From NCBI GenBank assembly GCA_950097015.1, contig CATNEN010000039.1:6944001-7008000 (forward strand): 64,000 bases of DNA, given 5' to 3'. Shown one piece after another: positions 13,506 to 26,444 of this stretch. The notes beneath the pieces were generated by a model. It was not told where the DNA came from, did not search any database, and saw only the letters and a program-made list of their open reading frames with translations. Within the stretch, counting starts at the first letter, position 1; every line of letters starts with the position of its first letter. This stretch comes from Macrostomum hystrix. Taxonomy: Eukaryota > Animalia > Platyhelminthes. The position numbers were made by a program, and so were the translations under genes.

Positions 13506-14121
13506 GGGTAATGTATTATCAACCAAACAAGAATGTGTATTTTTTACTTCAAACCTAAGCTACAGATTTTCTATTTAAGATATGATTATAAATCAAAAGC
13601 TAAGGTATAAAAAACAGTTACATCTTTGTAAAAAGTATCTGATTTTGCTATTTTGTCAAATAGAAAAAAAGCTATTCCTGCTTTTCATCTAAAACCGAAC
13701 AATGATTTTTATGTATCTTCAAACCAAATGGAGAATTTGATGTTCGGTTTTACAATTTGAGTGAGTGGTTTAATCTTATTTTAACGAGTAAACTATTTTT
13801 CGTGCTCTATAAATAACTGCATTTATGGTCATTTAATTGGCAAGCAACTACATACAATCTTCATCTAAAGTACATACTGAAAAATGTTGTCAAAAGGTAT
13901 GCTTTTGCAATAAAAAATTCTACTGAAAGATCAATATCTTTCCTCTTAATGCTTCATTGCACTGCACATCATGCCTCAGCTTGTAGATAATTTCTTTGAC
14001 TTTCAAATTAGTTGTTCTGTGAAACACAATAGCTTGTTTCTGTCTTGCACGAGACCATGGAAGGAGTCAAAATTATTGTTCGGTTTTGAAGATACACTGT
14101 TCGGTTGATGATACATTACCC
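13506..14121. mobile_element. TA-flanked MITE (Tc1/mariner-pogo type)
   Basis: ta-GGGTAATGTATTATCAACCAAACA ... TGTTCGGTTGATGATACATTACCC-ta; internal aaccgaaca/tgttcggtt motifs. Confidence 0.8.
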
Positions 14122-15274
14122 TATAAATCCTTAAATTTAGTCTTTAGCAGTTAGCCTTTAGGAAAGTTAGGAAAGAAAGTTTAAACAGTTTTTCCCAACT
14201 TATTATTTTTTTTAATAAAAAGGGTGAACAAGTAGTGAAAACTATGTATGTTTTTTTAATAGAATTGAGCTAAATTAGGATTTATCCTTTTTTGCTATAT
14301 GAAGTTGTTGTAGGGCTATTTTATAATATTTAAGATCCCTACTGAATGTCACCAAAGTTGTGCAGGGCTAATTTAATCCTACTGCTGTTACCAAAGTTGT
14401 TCTAGGCTTCTTTCCTTATACACTTTATTCAAATACTGTCTTTATGTCAATATTATAAATGTCTTTACTTTATTCGCTTTATACACTTTCTTATTTCAAA
14501 TTCAATTGGTAGCATTTATGTATTCAATATGGTAGCGTTATACTTTCAATATGCCCGGTATCTATCTTTGCTTATAACCTCACTGTATTACTTCTATAAT
14601 TACTTTGTATCAATCTTTGTCCATCTTTATCAGTCTTTATCTGTCTTTATCAGTCTTTATCACTCTTCAATTATTATTCAGTTAACCTTCAATTCAATCT
14701 TCAGTCCGTCTTCTGGGCTTTACCAGTGGATCTAGATTTACAGCTTTCTCTTCACTCTATTTACTTCTCTTTCACAATTCTCTTTCTTATATAACTTTAA
14801 CACGAACACTTCAAGATTCAAGCTTTCTTAATCTGAACTCCTTTCAACCGAGGTTGTCCAAGTTAGTTTTTCACTTTAGTCTGCTCGTGTATTTATAGTA
14901 AAAACTTCTCCTCCTCACCTCCGTGACTTCATTAAAACATTTTATTTTCGGTGCAATTTAAAACAAATTAGTGTATTTAAACAAATTTGGTGCATTTAAA
15001 CAAACAAAATGCTAATTTTGTGGGAAAAGATTTCTAGGAATAAAAACGAGGCCTATCTCAAAGTACAACAAAAGGAAATCAATCTACAGCTATGCATTTA
15101 TTTAATGAGTTTTTACTTATTAGATAGTTATGGTAGTTATATTTCTTAATGTAGCTCATGCATTAGTATTCAGCTTTTTGTTCTCTTTTTTTCAGAAGAT
15201 CAAGTCCTTGAAGTTTGCTTGAGATTTGGTAGCTTTAAGCAACTTAAAAGTCTGTGTTTTCTGCAATCTTCAAG

Positions 15275-18200
15275 ATGAATTGCAGTGAGCATTTATTTTA
15301 TTTTTATACAATAAATTTTGCTGAGAATGTTTAATCTTAATGCATATTTGCATTGTGGAATGTATATGACTGTGTTGTTAGGATAATTGCACTGATAATT
15401 TGGGCAATCACTGTCCATATTTGAGGCCATTAACAAGCCCAAACTCTTTATGCACACTTATGCCAAGTAATTTAAAATTCCCTATAAGGAAATATGCTTT
15501 TAGAAGGGATGAGTCAGCTCAATGATAATACTGCATTCTGTAAAAAATGTAGGCATTGGAAAACATCAGCTTAGAAATAAGCTATGCCTGTGTAAAATTT
15601 CCCAGTGAAAATTTAAGAATATTGATTCAAAATTAGCTAAAAACTGTTATCAGGCCGCACTGGGTTTGTGGATAATACCAGCACAACTGGCGCCTGCCAC
15701 AGTTCATATGACTATCGGCCTCTGCCTGTACAGCAGGGTTATCAGCAATGCCAGCAACGATTGGACCGTGACAGGTCACCAATCAGAGATGATCGCGGCG
15801 GTGGGGGTGATGGCTTTGGTGGTTGTCGAGTACTCAGAGGTAGTGGAGGTAAGTTGACAGAAATGGTGTCCTAAAACTAAAATGCTTAAACTGTAAATCT
15901 ATTAAAAAAGTTTTGGTCACTTTTGTATTGTTTACCTAACCTCAAAATAAAAAATGTTTAAAGTTAGAATTTGCATTAAAACTGTCTATACTGAATAAAG
16001 CAATCTCGAAAGTTATTTGCATATAAATTAAAAACATGCCAAAAATACGAGACAGGCGAAATTGCAAACTGCGCATCGCACTGTTAATAATGACTTTGGT
16101 GCAGTGACTTGCTGTCCACTCTTTGGCTTGCAGTAGTCAGTCACTAGACAGGGGCTTCTTGACCATACTTCAGCATGGTGCTGCATCCTTCTCAATAAGG
16201 CTCAGAGAAAAACACGCTTCTTAGGTGATCAGCGCGACCTTTTTTGCGAGTGCGTGTGTTCTGTGGCTCTTCAGGTTCTTAGCATCCTAGTACTTGTAGA
16301 AGTGTATGCTCTAATACTCGTCTGGAAATGTTCATGGCTTAGTTCATCAGGATCAAGTTGGCAATAACTGCAAGTATAAAAATTTTTGACTAGGCCTATA
16401 GTTGGGCGAGGTGAACTTACAGCTTGGTGAACTGAGGCGCTAGGAATTAAGTATCTTCCTCAATACAGTTTTTTTACCTTAGCCGGTCACAAGTTCCAAG
16501 CTCTTACCACACGACTACAACATGATTTGGCTTAAATATTTTAGAGAATAATTGGCTAGCTGTACGTATTTTTCTGCAAGACATCCCCATCATGACGTTT
16601 AGACATGTGTAAATATTTCCTGACTTTCTTGTCCTCAGGCAGGCTGTGTGAATTTTCACTGCACCATGGAGGTTGGCTTTCAAGGGCATAAATGGCACGA
16701 CAGGCCCCTCTCAGCGGCTGTGCCCCAAATGAACATGGCCTCACTGCGGAATCGAGCTCAGTTGACCTTGTTTCAAGAGTCCAACCCGTTTAACTGCCTA
16801 GTCACTCACCCCAAAATCGGCTTCTAAGAAAATACGAGTAGTGAGAAACCTATGAGAAGCATTTTAACTGGTTAAAAAAAGCCAAAAGCGCGTTTGCTAT
16901 CGCAGGAGGCGGAAGTGCTCTTCGATCTCGCATTCCGGAGGAGCCGCAAAGTTGGGAGCAGGATGAAGGCATTCGTCTAGATTTATACAACAGCGATCTT
17001 TGGCTAATGATTGAAACCGACGGCGTCACTGCTAGGCCGCTTAGCGAGGGCGGCTTCGCTAACATGTGGGCCGGCGCGCAGGCCACCTACGCAGCCAAGC
17101 GTGGCCGCGTTTACTACGAGGTTAGCGGCTAAATGCAGTTCTAACTTATGAACGTCTGGGTGTTTGTGTAGTGAGGTGGGTGTTTGTAGTGAGGTGGGTG
17201 TTTGTGTAGTGAGGTGGGTGTTTGTGGAGTGAGGTAGTTGTTTGTCTGATGCCGCTGACCCAGGCTTTCAAAATACACTAAATTGGCACAATTAGGTTCG
17301 CGTTAGCCAGCACAACCGAGATGTTTCGGCGCCACCAGAGGAGCGCCTGATGTTCCTGTTGCGCTGCGGCTGGTCGCAGCTTGGAGCCGGAATGGTGCTA
17401 GGCGAGGAGCCGCTCTCCTACGGCTACGGCGGCTCCGGTAAAGCCAGCACCAACTCGTTGTTTAAGGACTACGGCGGACCATTCGACACTGGGGATGTTG
17501 TTGGCTGCTTCTTGGTAAGTACTACTGCTGATCAATTTACTAGTGTTCATTTCACAATTCAAACTAGTTTCCTTCCATTAACTTAGGAGTATCGCGACGA
17601 CGGAGTCCCGGTGATTTCCTACTCGCTTAACGGCCGCAGCCTGGGAGTCTGCTACATGGCCAATGAGGCGCGGGATAAGCCACTGTTTCCGCATCTGCTA
17701 ACTAAAAATGTGCAATTTGAAGTCAACTTTGGCCAGCGCAAGTGAGTAGTTTCGTCTGGTTATGAGCACAAAAAATGAAACTAGTAATTAGCGCATAAGC
17801 ATGCGCGAATGGGCCTTCAAAATTCTATTGGCTAAAAACCTGTGGGTAAGTCGATGAGCGATAATGTCCACACAAAGGTCTCTAAGCTCGAATCTACAGC
17901 GAGACCACATTTTTTGAGCGCAGCCTCGGAGAGGTTGGTCGTGCCATTTACGAGTACACCAGCCCTTGTACCCTATTAAAATGCAAGGGCAGATGTACAC
18001 CCATTGCACACCCAGCTGCTAACCCAAATCCTCAGGCCCTGGTACCCGCCACCTGAGGCTGAGCAGCCCTCCTGGCTGCAGATTGGCCATTTGGCTGCTC
18101 GAGACCGAGTGCGCAATTTCCCTCCGCCTGAGAAGCGCGAAGATTGCGTCATGCTGATGATGTGCGGCCTGCCAGCTGCTGGCAAGTCGCAATGGGCTGA

Positions 18201-19901
18201 GAAACATTGCTCTGAGAATGCCGATAGGCGCTACTGCGTGCTGGGCACAAACAGCATCATCGATCGGCTGAAAGTCATGGGCCTGCCGCGCCAGAGAAAC
18301 TATCACGGCCGCTGGGAGATGCTGATTGAGCGGGCTACGAAGTGCCTGAATGCTCTGTTTGAAGTGGCCTGCCGACGGAAGCGCAACTACATCTTGGACC
18401 AGACTAATGTCTACGCCAGCGCGCAGCGCAGAAAGATGGCCCCATTCGATGGCTACAGGCGAATCGCTGTGGTTGTTGTGCCCGACGATGAGGAATATCA
18501 GCGACGGCTAGATAGGCAGCGGCGCGTCGAAGGCAAGGAGGTGCCGGATCACGCAATCGTTTCCATGAAAGGTAAGATTGATCCCCGTGCTTGACAGCCA
18601 CTCTTTCAGATCCCCAAACTAGGCGGCCAATCTTCCAGATCCCTAAGTCAGGCAAGCCACTATTCCTGATCCCCAAACTCGACAGCCACCCTCCCAGATC
18701 CCAAAGCTGGGCAAATTCTCCCATATCCCCAAGCTAGGCAAATTCTCCCATATCCCCAAGCTGGGCAAATTCTCCTATATCCCCAAGCTGGGCAGCCACT
18801 CTCCCAGATCCTCAAGCTGGGCAGCCACTCTCCCAGATCCTCAAGCTGGGCAGCCACTCTCCCAGATCCTCAAGCTGGGCAGCCACTCTCTCAGATCCTC
18901 AAGCTGGGCAGCCACTCTCCCAGATCCTCAAGCTGGGCAGCCACTCTCCCAGATCCTCAAACTGGGCAGCCACTCTCCCAGATCCTCAAACTGGGCAGCC
19001 ACTCTCCCAGATCCTCAAGCTGGGCAGCCACTCTCCCAGATCCTCAAACTGGGCAGCCACTCTCCCAGATCCTCAAGCTGGGCAGCCACTCTCCCAGATC
19101 CTCAAGCTGGGCAGCCACTCTCCCAGATCCTCAAACTGGGCAGCCACTCTCTCAGATCCTCAAACTGGGCAGCCACTCTCCCAGATCCTCAAGCTGGGCA
19201 GCCACTCTCCCAGATCCTCAAACTGGGCAGCCACTCTCCCAGATCCTCAAGCTGGGCAGCCACTCTCCCAGATCCTCAAGCTGGGCAGCCACTCTCCCAG
19301 ATCCTCAAACTGGGCAGCCACTCTCTCAGATCCTCAAGCTGGGCAGCCACTCTCCCAGATCCTCAAACTGGGCAGCCACTCTCCCAGATCCTCAAGCTGG
19401 GCAGCCACTCTCCCAGATCCTCAAGCTGGGCAGCCACTCTCCCAGACCCTCAAGCTGGGCAGCCAGTGCTGGGCGCACTAATAAGTCCCAGGCTGGGCTA
19501 CCACTCTCGCTGACCTCTTAATCAGTGTTTTTTGCTTCTTGAGCTTCAGAATTGTTTCTCTAAATAAGCATCTATTAAGTCATTTGTTTTGGTTTTTAGC
19601 AAACTTCTCAATACCCGCCCAGGGCGGTGTATTCGACGAAGTGCTCTTCACCGAGCTGCCCCGTCACGAAGCCGAACAGCTCGTGGCTCGTTACAATCGG
19701 GAAGGCGCTGCCGCTCAAGGCGGAGTCGGCGGCAGCTTTAATCAGCAGAACCAGCGTCAGCGACAGCATCAATCATCTAGGCCATATTCTAATTACGACA
19801 GTCCGCAGCATCAGCAGCAGCAGCCGCATGGCTGGCGGGGAGGTGGCGGCGGCAGGTGGCGAGGTGGCGCTGGTTACAGTCGTGGTGGTCGCCCGTATTA
19901 A
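15275..19901 (+). CDS. HNRNPU: hnRNP U / hnRNP U-like 1 family protein (SPRY/B30.2 + P-loop AAA_33 + C-terminal RGG)
   Basis: Phase-consistent exons 15275-15284, 15654-15848, 16906-17120, 17296-17514, 17587-17741, 18036-18571, 19600-19901. Motifs: LDLYNSDL..MWAGAQATY..GRVYYE; GWS..LGEEPLSYGYGGSGK; FDTGDVVGC; MMCGLPAAGKSQW; RNYILDQTNVYASAQRRKM; RGG tail. The first two exons are less certain. Confidence 0.92.
16545..16815 (-). mobile_element. tRNA-derived SINE, family B (intronic)
   Basis: Reverse-complement similarity to 27865-28180 (gagctcgattccgcagtgaggccatgttcatttggggcacagccg..., gcccttgaaagccaacc). Confidence 0.8.
17900..18010 (+). mobile_element. Degenerate fragment of SINE family B (intronic)
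   Basis: gcgcagcctcggagagg..gtcgtgccatttacg..agggcagatgtacac matches family B segments. Confidence 0.5.
18595..19465. repeat. 29-bp intronic minisatellite (ctgggcagccactctcccagatcctcaag)
   Basis: About 30 copies in the last intron of the hnRNP U-like gene; the 5' copies are degenerate. Confidence 0.95.
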
Positions 19902-20174
19902 AATCCAATTTTTCATTATAGAAGCATTGGTGAAACATATGAACAGCCTATTGATTGATTTGACTTGTTAATATAAGGCATAAACAGTCTCTATAATTGT
20001 GACACGCCGTGTTGTACGATTTGTATATTTTCTGTTTTTTCTGTTACTACTACTGTTATTACTACTGTTCAGCTTTTAGTAGTAAAGACAGTTTCCTCAA
20101 TTTTACAGTTTTTCTCAGTTTTACATTTTTCATCAATTTATAGCTGAACAATTTGTATAGTTCTGAACGAATTA

Positions 20175-23100
20175 ATGGTAATTTTCCTCTGACTCTGACA
20201 ATGTTCTATTAGTCCTAGTCTACCATTTTAAGAAGTTTTTTTCATAGCCCACTGTTTTGAAAACCCTTTCCCATGATTAAATATAGAAATTTGCCGATTC
20301 TGGAAAACATTTTCAAGCTTTATAGTCAAAAGTGCATTATATTTTGGCTATTTGCCCTACACTTGTTATTTTAAGCCTGTGTTTGGCTGGTCAATTATGG
20401 CCTTGAAAGCATCGTTATATATAAAAAAATGCTGCCGTATTCTCATATAATCGGCATCGATGCACTATCTTTGTTTATTTACTCTCAGAAAATATTGCTT
20501 ATAGAATTAATTTGCCGCTAAGATCCTCAGAACTGACACCCAACCACACCAGATCCTCAAAACTGACACCCAACCACACCAGATCCTCAAAACTGACACC
20601 CAACCACACCAGATCCTAAAAACTGACACCCAACCACACCAGATCCTCAAAACTGACACCCAACCACAGCAGATCCTCAAAACTGACACCCAACCACACC
20701 AGATCCTCAAAACTGACACCCAACCACAGCAGATCCTCAAAACTGACACCCAACCACACCAGATCCTCAAAACTGACACCCAAACACCAGATCCTCAAAA
20801 CTGACACCCAACCACACCAGATCCTCAAAACTGACACCCAACCACACCAGATCCTCAAAACTGACACCCAACCACACCAGATCCTAAAAACTGACACCCA
20901 ACCACAGTAGATCCTTAAAACTGACACCCAACCACACCAGATCCTCAAAACTGACACCCAACCACACCAGATCCTCAAAACTGACACCCAACCACAGTAG
21001 ATCCTTAAAACTGACACCCAACCACACCAGATCCTCAAAACTGACACCCAACCACAGCAGATCCTTAAAACAGACACCCAACCACAGCAGATCCTTAGAA
21101 CTGACACCCAACCACACCAGATCCTCAAAACTGACACCCAACCACAGTAGATCCTTAAAACTGACACCCAACCACACCAGATTTTCAAAACTGACACCCA
21201 ACCACACCAGATCCTCAAAACTGTCACCCAACCGCGGTAGATCCTTAAAACTGACACCCAACCACACCAGATTCTCAAAACTGACACCCAACAACACCAG
21301 ATCCTCAAAATTGACACCCAACCACACCAGATCCTCAAAACTGACACCCAACCACACCAGATCCTTAAAACTGACACCCAACCACAGTAGATCCTTAAAA
21401 CTGACACCCAACCACAGCAGATCCTTAAAACTGACACCCAACCACAGCAGATCCTTAAAACTGACACCCAACCACACCAGATCCTTAAAACAGACACCCA
21501 ACCACAGCAGATCCTTAAAACAGACACCCAACCACAGCAGATCCTTAAAACAGACACCCAACCACAGCAGATTCTCAGAACTGACACCCTACCACACCAG
21601 ATCCTCAAAACTGACACCCTACCACACCAGATCCTCAGAACTGACACCCAACCACACCAGATCCTCAAAACTGACACCCAACCACACCAGATCCTCAGAA
21701 CTGACACCCAACCACAGCAGATCCTCAGAACTGACACCCAACCACACCAGATCCTCAAAACTGACACCTAACCACACCAGATCCTCAGAACTGACACCCA
21801 ACCACACCAGATCCTCAGAACTGACACCCAACCACACCAGATCCTCAAAACTGACACCCTACCACACCAGATCCTCAAAACTGACACCCAACCACACCAG
21901 ATCCTCAAAACTGACACCCTACCACACCAGATCCTCAAAACTGACACCTAACCACACCAGATCCTCAAAACTGACACCCTACCACACCAGATCCTCAAAA
22001 CTGACACCCAACCACACCAGATCCTCAAAACTGACGCCCTACCACACCAGATCCTCAAAACTGACGCCCTACCACACCAGATCCTCAAAACTGACACCCA
22101 ACCACACCAGATCCTCAGAACTGACACCTAACCACACCAGATCCTCAAAACTGACACTTAATCACACCAGATCCTCAGAACTGACACCTAACCACACCAG
22201 ATCCTCAAAACTGACACCCAACCACACCAGATCCTCAGAACTGACACCTAACCACACCAGATCCTCAAAACTGACACCCTACCACACCAGATCCTCAGAA
22301 ATGACACCTAACCACACCAGATCCTCAAAACTGACACCCAACCACACCAGATCCTCAAAACTGACACTTAATCACACCAGATCCTCAAAACTGACACCCG
22401 ATTATTTTTGCACACCACATTTAAAACACTGAATGTGCTTCTGTTTTCAGGCCTATATTACTTCAATCCTGACGGGTCTCCCGTCATTTTCTGCTGATAA
22501 CTTTTCCTGCTACAAGAAAACCGATCGGGTTAGTAAAGCAACTACTGGCAAACTTCTGCATTTGTTGTTAGAGCTTATGTATTTTAAACTCAACTTTTTT
22601 TCAGTCGGCCTGCACACTACAGCTGTTTTCTAATGATGTTCAACCGGCCAGACGTATGCTTTTTAACTTGCTGCTTCTAATTTCGAAAAGTTGTTAATAA
22701 TTCTTTTAAAATGTGATTTATAACACATGCCTCTTTTCAGCTTTCGAAAACGGGCATCAACACAGAAATATTGCAATTATTGCAGCTGCTGACAAGTGGA
22801 ATAAGCGAGTGAGTAAATTTGTTTATGTTCGAACTATCTTAGCCAGCATTTACCAATCCTGTTCCACCTTGACCCATCCTGTTCCACCTTGACCCATCCT
22901 GTTCCACCTTGACCCATCCTGTTCCACCTTGACCCATCCTGTTCCACCTTGACCCATCCTGTTCCACCTTGACCCGTCCAATTCTACCGTGACCCATCCT
23001 GTTCTACCTTGGCCCATCCTGTTCCTCCTCGACCCATTCTGTTCCACATTGACCCATTCTGTTCCACCTTGACACATTCTGCTCCATCTTGACACATTCT

Positions 23101-23615
23101 GCTCCATCTTGACCCATCCTGCTCCACCTTGACACATTCTGCTCCACCTTGACACATTCTGCTCCATCTTGACCCATCCTTTTCCACCTTTACACATCCT
23201 GTTCCACCTTGACACATCCTGTTCCATCTTGACACATTCTGCTCCACCTTGACCCATCCTGCTCCACCTTGACGCAAATCAGTGAATGCTTTTCCAGTTT
23301 GACCCATCTGAAAACAAGCCCTCGATCGCTGAGCTTCGTCAGCGCTGGGCTGACACCCTTCGCAGTCCGGATGAGCTTAAGACCGACTCCGACAACGCCG
23401 CCGCCGCAGCCGTCTCCTCCGCTGACGCCGCTGATGCCACTGAGTCGACGCCCCGCCGTTCGCCTAGAAAGCGTCGAGCGCCTACTGATACGCCTTCATC
23501 GCAACAGCATCAGCAGCAGCGGCGGCGGCGCCGGGTGCAGCTCCAGTCGCAGCCTCAGCAGCTGGATCAAAAGCGGCCGTGCTTACGTCATACTCGTCGC
23601 TCTGGCGGCAACTGA
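20175..23615 (+). CDS. DDA1-like protein, divergent paralog 1
   Basis: Inferred exons 20175-20177 (ATG|gt), 22451-22528, 22605-22653, 22741-22808, 23298-23615 give MAYITSILTGLPSFSADNFSCY..., compared with DDA1 MADFLKGLPVYNKSNFSRF. Intron phases are 0,0,1,0. The ATG-only first exon is tentative. Confidence 0.6.
20521..22399. repeat. 30-bp intronic minisatellite (agatcctcaaaactgacacccaaccacacc)
   Basis: About 62 copies; explains the VSVLRIWCGW and TPNHTRSSKL ORFs. Confidence 0.97.
22852..23273. repeat. 20-bp intronic minisatellite (gacccatcctgttccacctt)
   Basis: About 21 copies filling most of intron 22809-23297. Confidence 0.95.
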
Positions 23616-23766
23616 CTGGCTGCTACTTACGACAACGACTCAAGACTTGAAGTCGCTGTGTGATGCCTTACATTGATGGTTCTTGATGCACTTTAAAGGA
23701 ATTCAATTTTCACTATCGTATACTCAATCCACCCGACACTGATCTCGTTGATCCAATGTTTTCAGC

Positions 23767-24708
23767 CTTGACCCAACTAACTTTAATTTGACCCTACCCA
23801 CCTCACCTTGACCCAAACCACCTCCCCTTGACCCTACCCACCTCACCTTGACCCTACTCACCTCACCTTGACCCTACCCACCTCACAATGACCCTACCCA
23901 CCTCACCTTGACCCTACCCACCTCACAATGACCCTACCTACCTCACCTTGACCCTAACCACCTCAGCTTGACCCTACCCATCTCACAATGACCCTACCTA
24001 CCTCACCTTGACCCTACCCACCTCACCTTGACCCTACCCACCTCACAATGACCCTACCTACCTCACCTTGACCCTACCCACCTCACCTTGACCCTACCCA
24101 TCTCACAATGACCCTACCCACCTCACCTTGACCCTACCCACCTCACCTTGACCCTACCCACCTCACAATGACCCTACCCGACTCACCTTTACACTACCCA
24201 CCTCACCTTTACCCTACCCACCTCACCTGGACCCAACCTACTTCAGATAGACCCAACCCAGTTCCCCTTGACCCAGCCAACCTCACCTTGACCCAAACCA
24301 CCTCCCCTTGACCCTACCCACCTCACCTTGACCCTACTCACCTCACCTTGACCCTACCCACCTCACAATGACCCTACCCACCTCACCTTGACCCTACCCA
24401 CCTCACAATGACCCTACCTACCTCACCTTGACCCTACCCACCTCACAATGACCCTACCTACCTCACCTTGACCCTACCCACCTCACCTTGACCCTACCCA
24501 TCTCACAATGACCCTACCCACCTCACCTTGACCCTACCCACCTCACCTTGACCCTACCCACCTCACAATGACCCTACCCGACTCACCTTTACACTACCCA
24601 CCTCACCTTTACCCTACCCACCTCACCTGGACCCAACCTACTTCAGATAGACCCAACCCAGTTTCCCTTGACCCAGCCAACCTCACCTTGACCCAACCCA
24701 CCTCACCC
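23767..24708. repeat. 20-bp minisatellite (accctacccacctcaccttg) with a higher-order duplication
   Basis: About 47 copies; the rare variant acccaacctacttcagatag occurs at 24231 and 24631. Confidence 0.95.
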
Positions 24709-25354
24709 GGATGTATCCTCCTGTTGCTATTAGACTTTATAATATTAGAATCGGAAGGCTATTAGCTTCCTAGTTGTCATTAAAGTTCTTGTGTGGGCCT
24801 GTATTCAACTTCCAGGTAGATAGTTTCGAGACTTGTTAATATTATTTGCCTGGATAATTTAACAGTTTTGTTTGTGTGATAGTTCTGAACTGAAACTTGC
24901 AAATCTGTTACATTTAATGTTCCTCTTCAGTTTCATGTATTCTTGGAAAGTTGATATATTTTCTAAAACTTATTTACGCGTGTTGCAACTAAAGCCATCG
25001 TAAGATCTGTTAATAGTGTATTTTTACTGACCCTTATTTGAATGTCTATACATAGCATATCGTTCTTAACGTTTGAGTCATGGTTTACCTAACACAAAAT
25101 TTAAACAAAAAAAGGATACAATTAAATTTTAGTTGCTAAAAGTTTGCTTTGTACTGTACATGGTGCTGTACATTGCTTTTATTGTGTGATCACAATTGAC
25201 TGTGTTTGTTTTTACTTTTTTACGAGACTAAGACAATAGACATGACGAACATTTGTATTTCTAGTCCAGTTGGGTCAGATATACACCTAGTGGCACAGTC
25301 GCACCTATTGCTCTTTCAAAGGCTGTGTACAGCCGTTCAGTCCGTGGACAGGGA

Positions 25355-25500
25355 AGACCACCCCACCCAATTTACAGCTGTAGTAAATTAAAGCACTGGG
25401 GAATTAGGTGTCTTGCAAAAAAACACAAACCGTGTTTACCTTGGGGTTCGAACTCCCGACCTTAAGGTTAGAATTCCGAAGCTAAATGAGCGTGCAGTAA
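25355..25500 (-). mobile_element. Degenerate SINE family A
   Basis: atttacagctg..gtgtcttgcaaaaaaacacaa..gttcgaactcccgacc parallels 60610-60791. Confidence 0.65.
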
Positions 25501-25577
25501 GTTTGCAACAATGTTATTAACCAACCGGTTGCAGCTCGAATCGAATTAGGTCGATCTGATCAGTTTGGCCGTGCCGC

Positions 25578-26444
25578 ATGACTAGCCACAACCTGCCTAG
25601 CCAGCAGCGCAGCTCCACCTGCTCGCGCATGCTCAATGACCTGCCCTCCTACTGCAGCGCCAGCTTCACCAAGTACTCGCCGCAGAGCCGGCTGCTCTCT
25701 GTGCGTGCCTTACCCGCTGGACTCAGTGCAATTCTCTTTTCTATGCTCCCTAGAAGACACAAATTGCTTCCCTTGGGCTGAAATTCGAACTCCAGACCTT
25801 TTTTCATAAGTCCAAAGCTCTCACCAGCTTCACTTATGCAATCTACTCAACAAATTTCAACTCACTAAAAACATTTCTATTGAATTTGCAAATCATTTTC
25901 TAGTTAATACATGTACTTGTTATTCTCATTTCAGACTAGAAAAATCCAGGTCTACATCTCCACATCTCCGGAGCGAAATGTGATTCGTAAGTTTTCTTGT
26001 CTTAAAAAATGAAATTAGCGGAATTTAAAGAAAGTAACGAATTTTAACAATTCCGTTGGTATCTGCAGCTATTGTAAACGACCGCGATGGCCTTCTAGTT
26101 CACTTCCTGGCTGCAGATTGTCATCGGCAGGTAGAATACAAGTTTCATTTCTAATACAACAGCCAGCTCGTAGACTAGCCATTTGTTTAAAGTTGCGCTA
26201 TTTTCCTTTCATTTCTCGTCAGCAAAACGGAGGCGCCGCACACAGCAGCTCAGCGCAGCCAAGGCCCGCATCACCAGCTGAAGCGGCTGAGGGCTTCGAT
26301 AACGCCGCTTCAAGCAGTGCTACGCCAGATTCTGATGGACCCACTCAGTGCAAGGTGCCACGACTGGACGAGCAGCTCGCTGACCAACAACAGCCCAGCC
26401 AAACTGACGCAGCTTCCTCAGATTCTTCATCTACTTTAATGTGA
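25578..26444 (+). CDS. DDA1: DDA1 (DET1- and DDB1-associated protein 1)-like, paralog 2
   Basis: Exons 25578-25700, 25935-25986 (52 nt), 26069-26130 (62 nt), 26223-26444 give ...MLNDLPSYCSASFTKY..RKIQVYISTSPERNVIPIVNDRDGLLVHFL..CKVPRLD. This aligns with DDA1 FLKGLPVYNKSNFSRF..RRPSVYLPT..IIVTEKTNILLRYL..RKVARTD. Confidence 0.75.
25745..25832 (-). mobile_element. SINE family A fragment (intronic)
   Basis: agacacaaattg..attcgaactccagacc..agtccaaagctctcacc resembles the tRNA head of the 60.7-kb copy. Confidence 0.5.

Noticed and set aside
20507-22432. Long Cys/Trp-rich and TPNHTRSS ORFs
   Set aside because: Intronic 30-bp minisatellite.
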